Positions 58,906 through 64,000 of a DNA stretch of 64,000 bases are shown here, piece after piece (the first letter of the stretch is position 1; each line of letters starts with the position of its first letter). The stretch is from an uncultured bacterium (GTDB lineage Bacteria; Armatimonadota; Hebobacteria; CAIYQO01), in the NCBI GenBank assembly GCA_964638715.1, contig CAZWZF010000003.1, forward strand, positions 70,288 to 134,287, given 5' to 3'. Both the position numbers and the translations under genes were made by a program. A model generated the notes under the pieces. It saw only the letters and a list, made by a program, of their open reading frames with translations, was not told where the DNA came from and made no database searches.

Positions 58906-60140
58906 TTTTTCTCCAATTTATTGAGTTGGTCTAATTTATTTTTAGCTATTGAAGTATATTGCGAACCAGGATAATGTTCAATTAATTTAATTAAAGCCTT
59001 TTTAGAGTTTTCTATATCATGATTTTTATAATATACAGCAGCTAATCTTAGAAGTGCATTGTCTGCCACATCTGACTGAGGATGAGCTTTTAATAGGTTA
59101 ATATATCCATTGATAGCCGCATCTATGTGATTATTTTTATCCATGACTGTTGCCATCATCATCTGCTCACGCACAGGCAATATATATTCAGGATCTATTC
59201 TCATAATATTTTCATATGCTAAAGCAGCTTTATCAAAATCTTCTCTTTTCAAGAATAGTGGCAATGAAAACACGTAATCATCCATGGCAAGTTCATGATT
59301 TCCTCGCATCATATTTAATCCAGCACGGGCTTCATGTAATTCAGGGTCATCTGGTATTTCTTTTATTAACTTATTGATATCATCCATAGTCTTCCATTTA
59401 TCACCGGTTCCAGAGGTTAATTTCTCAGTATCTTCTAAAGCAAACTCCTTACGGGCATCTTGTTTGCCTTCGATTAGATGTGCTGCCAATAGACCAAGGA
59501 GAAATCCGCCGACATGTGCCCAGTGTGCAACCGAATCACCGCTATTTATTGACATTACACCTACAATTATTTCTCTTATTCCAAAATAAGCACAGTATGC
59601 CCACATTGGAAACCAGAATCGCCACCAGAATAACGGGAAAATAGCAATTAATGGTATTGTTAATAACTTTGTGCGAAAATATCGGATCATTGCAAAACCT
59701 GCAATTCCAGATATTGCTCCAGATGCTCCAATTAAAGGTATATCTAAATTACCACCAGATATTTTCGTAATAATACTATATAACATTACAGCCGAAATAC
59801 CAGTTGCGAAATAAAGAAGGGTGAACATCAATGACCCAATTCCAGCTTCAAGGATAGTACCTATAACCCAGAACATTAACATATTTCCACCGAGATGACT
59901 GATACTTCCGTGTAAAAACATAGATGTGAATACAGTTAAAACAGATGGGTTAGAATTAACGAAACCATATTTAAGCGAAATTTGATCAACTGCGGATTCA
60001 GACATCGTTTGCATATTCATAAAAATAAATATGTTGATGAATATAATTGCGTAAGTAACGTAGGGTACTTTTTTAACAGGCTTATCTGTAAGAATCGGTA
60101 ATGGCTGTATTAAACCTAATAACTCAATTAAGAAATCCAA
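58902..60140 (-). CDS. rhomboid-family intramembrane serine protease fused to C-terminal TPR repeats
   Basis: GASGAISG catalytic Ser motif, downstream AHWAHVGG His; C-terminal TPR-like helical repeats. Confidence 0.75.
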   Translation of the reverse strand: MDFLIELLGLIQPLPILTDKPVKKVPYVTYAIIFINIFIFMNMQTMSESAVDQISLKYGFVNSNPSVLTVFTSMFLHGSISHLGGNMLMFWVIGTILEAGIGSLMFTLLYFATGISAVMLYSIITKISGGNLDIPLIGASGAISGIAGFAMIRYFRTKLLTIPLIAIFPLFWWRFWFPMWAYCAYFGIREIIVGVMSINSGDSVAHWAHVGGFLLGLLAAHLIEGKQDARKEFALEDTEKLTSGTGDKWKTMDDINKLIKEIPDDPELHEARAGLNMMRGNHELAMDDYVFSLPLFLKREDFDKAALAYENIMRIDPEYILPVREQMMMATVMDKNNHIDAAINGYINLLKAHPQSDVADNALLRLAAVYYKNHDIENSKKALIKLIEHYPGSQYTSIAKNKLDQLNKLEKK

Positions 60141-60273
60141 GGGTTTAGTTCCTATTATAAAAATTATTTAGTTTTTATAAATACTCTTTCATTTTTGATT
60201 GAAAATATAGTATTATTTTCTTGTTACATTTTACTTTTGTTTTTCAATTTCTGCAACGCCTTAAAGGATAAAT

Positions 60274-61569
60274 ATGTCAAAATATTATATACATGGTTTA
60301 ACAGTTGTCACAATGGATACAGACAATACGATTATTACTGATGCTGTAATAATAACAAATAACGATAAAATAGATTTTGTTGGCGAAAAGAAAGATGCGC
60401 CAATTCCAAAAAATGATGATATTGTTATAGATTGTACAGGAAAAGTAGCCATTCCCGGCCTGGTTAACAACCATACTCATTTAGCGATGACACTTTTTCG
60501 AGGAGCTGCTGACGATCTTCCGTTAATGACATGGCTGCAGGAAAAAATTTGGCCTATAGAACCATTGATGACAACAGATGATGTTTACAATGCTTCAATG
60601 CTTGGAATAGCCGAGATGATCAGGCATGGAGTAACTACTTTTACTGATATGTATTGGCATACTGAAACTGTAGCAAGTGCGGTGAAAAATAGTGGAATTA
60701 GAGCCACTTTATCTGGTGTAGTAATAGGTATATCGCCGGATGCTGAAAAGATATGGTCTATAAGCAGAGATTTTGTAAAAGCTGTAATAGCTGAAAACCA
60801 TCCGCGAATAAAATGTATGTATGGACCACACGCTCCATATACTGTGCTTCCAAATTTCATGGAACGAGTAATTGATGCGGCTCTTGAGGATAAAGTTGGT
60901 ATTCACACTCATTTGTCAGAAACTGTATTTGAGGTCAAAGAAAGCATGCGAAATTATGGGAAACGTCCGATAACACTTATGAAAGATATTGGGTTGTTTA
61001 GTGTGCCCGTGGTTGCTGCACATGTTGTGCATCCTGATGATGAAGAGATTGAAATATTAGCTGATACCAAGGTATCTGTTGCGCATTGCCCATCAAGCAA
61101 CATGAAATTAGCTTCCGGGATTGCGCCTGTTGCGAAGATGGCATCTGCTGGTGTAAATATAACACTCGGTACTGACGGGGCTGGCAGCAACAATCGTCTT
61201 GATGTTTTAAATGAAGCACGCATGGCAGCATTATTGGCAAAAGTCGGTGGGGATGCAACTGCGGTGCCGGCAACTCAGGCATTACGAATGGCGACAGTAA
61301 ATGGCGCCAAGGCATCCGGTTGGGAAAATGCTGGTACATTAACAGTTGGTGCATTGGCAGATATAGCCATATTTAACTTTAATAAACCACATCTTCAGCC
61401 AGACGGATGCAGACATATTTCTCACTTAATATATTCTGCTACCGGTCAGGATGCTGATACAGTGATGATTAATGGTAAAATAGTTTTACAAGACAATAAA
61501 TTTATTAATATGGATCTACCAGAAATCTATGCTAAGGTTGAAGAATCTGCTCATAGATTATTTAAATGA
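60274..61569 (+). CDS. mtaD: amidohydrolase (5-methylthioadenosine/S-adenosylhomocysteine deaminase-like)
   Basis: PGLVNNHTHLAMTLFRG metal-binding HxH motif; ~431 aa; SAH/MTA deaminase-like. Confidence 0.7.
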   Translation: MSKYYIHGLTVVTMDTDNTIITDAVIITNNDKIDFVGEKKDAPIPKNDDIVIDCTGKVAIPGLVNNHTHLAMTLFRGAADDLPLMTWLQEKIWPIEPLMTTDDVYNASMLGIAEMIRHGVTTFTDMYWHTETVASAVKNSGIRATLSGVVIGISPDAEKIWSISRDFVKAVIAENHPRIKCMYGPHAPYTVLPNFMERVIDAALEDKVGIHTHLSETVFEVKESMRNYGKRPITLMKDIGLFSVPVVAAHVVHPDDEEIEILADTKVSVAHCPSSNMKLASGIAPVAKMASAGVNITLGTDGAGSNNRLDVLNEARMAALLAKVGGDATAVPATQALRMATVNGAKASGWENAGTLTVGALADIAIFNFNKPHLQPDGCRHISHLIYSATGQDADTVMINGKIVLQDNKFINMDLPEIYAKVEESAHRLFK

Positions 61570-61576
61570 GGTAAAA

Positions 61577-62419
61577 ATGAAACTCGCTTACAGTACTCTT
61601 GCTTGTCCTGAATGGAACATTGAAAAAATTCTAACTTCCGGGTCAGAGAACGGTTATACCGGAATTGAGTTCCGTGGCTTAGGTCCTGAAATAGACCTAA
61701 CAAAATCAAATGCTTTTTCCACGCCTCAAAGCTGTAAAAAAACACTTAATTTAGTGGAGAATGCAGGATTAAAAACAGCTTGCATATCAACATCTATGCA
61801 AATTGTAGCAAAAGCTCAAACAACTGAGGATTTCATATCATCGGTTAATGATGGTCAAAAAAATATTGAAATCGCTTCAGATATGCAAGCACCAGTCATT
61901 CGCGTATTCTGTGGTAATATTCCTGATAATGTTTCGCAAGAAGAAGCTATAAAAAATGGTGCACGATTGCTTAATATTTTAGGTGATTATGCTGAAGAAA
62001 ATGGTGTGAAAATTGCAGTTGAAACGCATGATGCATTTATGAGTGCAGTCATGTTATCTAAAATTATAAATGCTGCAAACCATAGTGCAGTTGGTGCTTT
62101 ATGGGATGTTCATCACCCTTATAGATTTTGTAATGAATCACCGGAATTTACTATGAAAAATATTGGCAGGCAAGTTATCCATACGCATTTTAAAGATTCA
62201 ATCGGAAATGCAGAAAATTACACATATAAATTACTTGGGGAAGGTGATATCCCAAATATCCAGGCAATAAAATTACTGCATCAATCCGGCTATGATGGCT
62301 ACTATACTTTAGAATGGGAAAAACGCTGGCATCCTGAACTCGTAGATGCTGATGTAACTATTCCTCAATATGCTGATAAAATGCGTGAATATGCTAATGA
62401 CTTACAAATAAATTCGTAA
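61577..62419 (+). CDS. sugar phosphate isomerase/epimerase (xylose isomerase-like TIM barrel)
   Basis: AP endonuclease family 2-like TIM barrel motifs; ATG 61577 with GAGG RBS chosen over the overlapping upstream start at 61529. Confidence 0.65.
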   Translation: MKLAYSTLACPEWNIEKILTSGSENGYTGIEFRGLGPEIDLTKSNAFSTPQSCKKTLNLVENAGLKTACISTSMQIVAKAQTTEDFISSVNDGQKNIEIASDMQAPVIRVFCGNIPDNVSQEEAIKNGARLLNILGDYAEENGVKIAVETHDAFMSAVMLSKIINAANHSAVGALWDVHHPYRFCNESPEFTMKNIGRQVIHTHFKDSIGNAENYTYKLLGEGDIPNIQAIKLLHQSGYDGYYTLEWEKRWHPELVDADVTIPQYADKMREYANDLQINS

Positions 62420-63034
62420 TAATAACGCGCAAAATAATGAAAGATCGGCGGCTAAATGCGACAATGAAGAGCCTTTTAGACCGTCGTTCTTTTTTACCAC
62501 CTGTCTCCAATGCCATGATGCGATAGTTAACGATATCATTACTAATGGCAGCAATTGTATGGGTATAAAGAAATACATCACAATCACATGATAAATTGCG
62601 AACCAGCAATCATTTAATATGATTCTCGGATTGTCATTTCGCAGATAACCACGCCAAAAAGCTTCTTCCATAAATGGATTTATAAAAAATATGTATATCA
62701 GAAATAATAAGAATGAAATTCCGCCTAATCCAAGAGATGTAAGCTGGTTATTAAAGGCTGAATTGTCAGGAATGAGAATTGGCCAGAGATAATAAAGTGG
62801 TATGCCTGTGACCAGTCCTAATAAAATCTGAAAAATAAACGTCGATTTATTGTGTTGCTTTAAGGGATGACAACTATCATCACCATATATAGAAATGATG
62901 ATAATTGCCGTAATAAAATATCCGCCAACAGCCAACCATGCATTATGAAAAATAACCAGCCCAATAAATGTTGTAAGAGCAGGAAATGCTGGTGATATTT
63001 TTTTGATAACATTTTTAACTAACATAGGAATCAA
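62402..63034 (-). CDS. CPBP-family intramembrane glutamic endopeptidase (CAAX protease/Abi-like)
   Basis: EEAFWRGYL motif 1 and downstream His motifs; polytopic. Confidence 0.7.
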   Translation of the reverse strand: MIPMLVKNVIKKISPAFPALTTFIGLVIFHNAWLAVGGYFITAIIIISIYGDDSCHPLKQHNKSTFIFQILLGLVTGIPLYYLWPILIPDNSAFNNQLTSLGLGGISFLLFLIYIFFINPFMEEAFWRGYLRNDNPRIILNDCWFAIYHVIVMYFFIPIQLLPLVMISLTIASWHWRQVVKKNDGLKGSSLSHLAADLSLFCALLLRIYL

Positions 63035-63998
63035 CTATAACGCAGTCATCGCTATCTGCGGTGATAGTAAATGTGTCAATTGATGCCGGGACAAGAATTG
63101 TTTCGCCAAAATAAATATCATCAACACCATTTTTCCAGGTAATTTTAGCTTTGCCAGAAACGCAATTAATTATATGAAATGTTTTACCATTAGTAGCTAT
63201 CTCTATATTAGATGATATATTGTATTGGTCAACTGTAAAATATTGGCAATGAGCGAGTGTCATACAGGTGTTATCACTTATGCTTCTTGATATTGGATAA
63301 TCCATAGATGGTTCATAATCATTCCAATCTGATACTTCAAATGCTTCTTTTAAATGAAGTTCGCGCGGTTTTCCATCTAATCCAGTACGTCCCCAATCAT
63401 AAAACCTGAATGTGGAATCGGAATTTTGTTGAATTTCCAGAATCATTACACCCTTTGTTATTGCATGAATTCTACCTGCTGGTATATAGATAGAATCACC
63501 GGCTTTTACTTTTATTCTATTCAGCAATTTACCCGGGTCGCCATTATTTAATTCATTGGTGAAATCTATCGCGGTAGTATTATTTGTTAAACCAGCAATT
63601 ATTTCAGAGTTTTCTTCTGCCTGCATTATGTACCACATTTCTGTTTTGCCAGGTTCACCATTATATTTCATACCATATTCATCATCAGGATGTACTTGGA
63701 CAGATAATGAGTCGCCTGCGTCAATATATTTAACCATTAATGGAAATCTATTGCCTGGTGCTGGTTTAGGTAGAGTACCAAGTAAATTTATACCATCTCT
63801 TGCAATTATATCGCGAATATTCATACCAGCATCTGTGCCATTTGTTATGATGCTTATGCCGCGTTTATGGTCGCATAGCTCCCAGGATTCACCTAAGTTA
63901 CCATCATTTTCAGGTTTACGTCCAAGTATTTCTTTAAACTTGCTGCCACCCCAGACTAATTCCATGTAAACCGGTTTTAACTTGTATGGATAAGACAT
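63015..63998 (-). CDS. manA: mannose-6-phosphate isomerase, class I
   Basis: Cupin PMI type I motifs GESWE and VQVHPDDEY. Confidence 0.8.
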   Translation of the reverse strand: MSYPYKLKPVYMELVWGGSKFKEILGRKPENDGNLGESWELCDHKRGISIITNGTDAGMNIRDIIARDGINLLGTLPKPAPGNRFPLMVKYIDAGDSLSVQVHPDDEYGMKYNGEPGKTEMWYIMQAEENSEIIAGLTNNTTAIDFTNELNNGDPGKLLNRIKVKAGDSIYIPAGRIHAITKGVMILEIQQNSDSTFRFYDWGRTGLDGKPRELHLKEAFEVSDWNDYEPSMDYPISRSISDNTCMTLAHCQYFTVDQYNISSNIEIATNGKTFHIINCVSGKAKITWKNGVDDIYFGETILVPASIDTFTITADSDDCVIVDSYVS

Positions 63999-64000
63999 TT

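Overview
This is a gene-dense (~90% coding) chromosomal segment from a low-GC (~35%) bacterium, roughly 64 kb. The bacterium appears diderm (LPS-producing): the window carries KDO/LPS genes kdsA and kdsB, an LptD-like outer-membrane protein, GT4 glycosyltransferases and a polyprenyl sugar-phosphate transferase. Housekeeping genes include citrate synthase, citramalate synthase, purA, typA/bipA, dnaG, mraY, murF, manA, RNase P RNA (rnpB, type A) and a tRNA-Met(CAT). A late-flagellar operon (rod-binding FlgJ-like, flgM, flgN, flgK, flgL, fliW) sits behind a textbook sigma-28 promoter. A cytoplasmic signalling pair is present: a REC-PAS-PAS-HisKA hybrid kinase followed by a REC-PAS-GAF-GAF-HD-GYP c-di-GMP phosphodiesterase. 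There are two ECF sigma operons: one with an anti-sigma-like protein carrying a triplicated N-terminal repeat, one followed by a VIT/vWA membrane protein and a YVTN beta-propeller. Other genes include rex, a heterodimeric ABC exporter pair, Hsp20, Nif3, a heparinase II/III-like lyase, a GIY-YIG protein, a rhomboid-TPR protease, a CPBP protease and an MtaD-like amidohydrolase. Most worth a second look: (1) a YcxB-like membrane-protein gene interrupted by an in-frame amber codon; (2) a tandem-repeat secreted-protein gene split by a +1 frameshift at an A3 run; (3) an orphan ketosynthase plus half-ketosynthase (KS/CLF-like) pair; (4) a sigma-70 promoter followed immediately by an intrinsic terminator in the purA leader; (5) a strong promoter with a long, SD-sequestering 5'UTR upstream of a tandem CxxC zinc-ribbon gene; (6) a ~360-bp hairpin-rich noncoding region upstream of the ABC exporter operon; (7) a shared AAC-N16/17-CGTATA motif upstream of both ECF sigma genes. 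No CRISPR array, transposase, integrase or recognisable defence island was seen.
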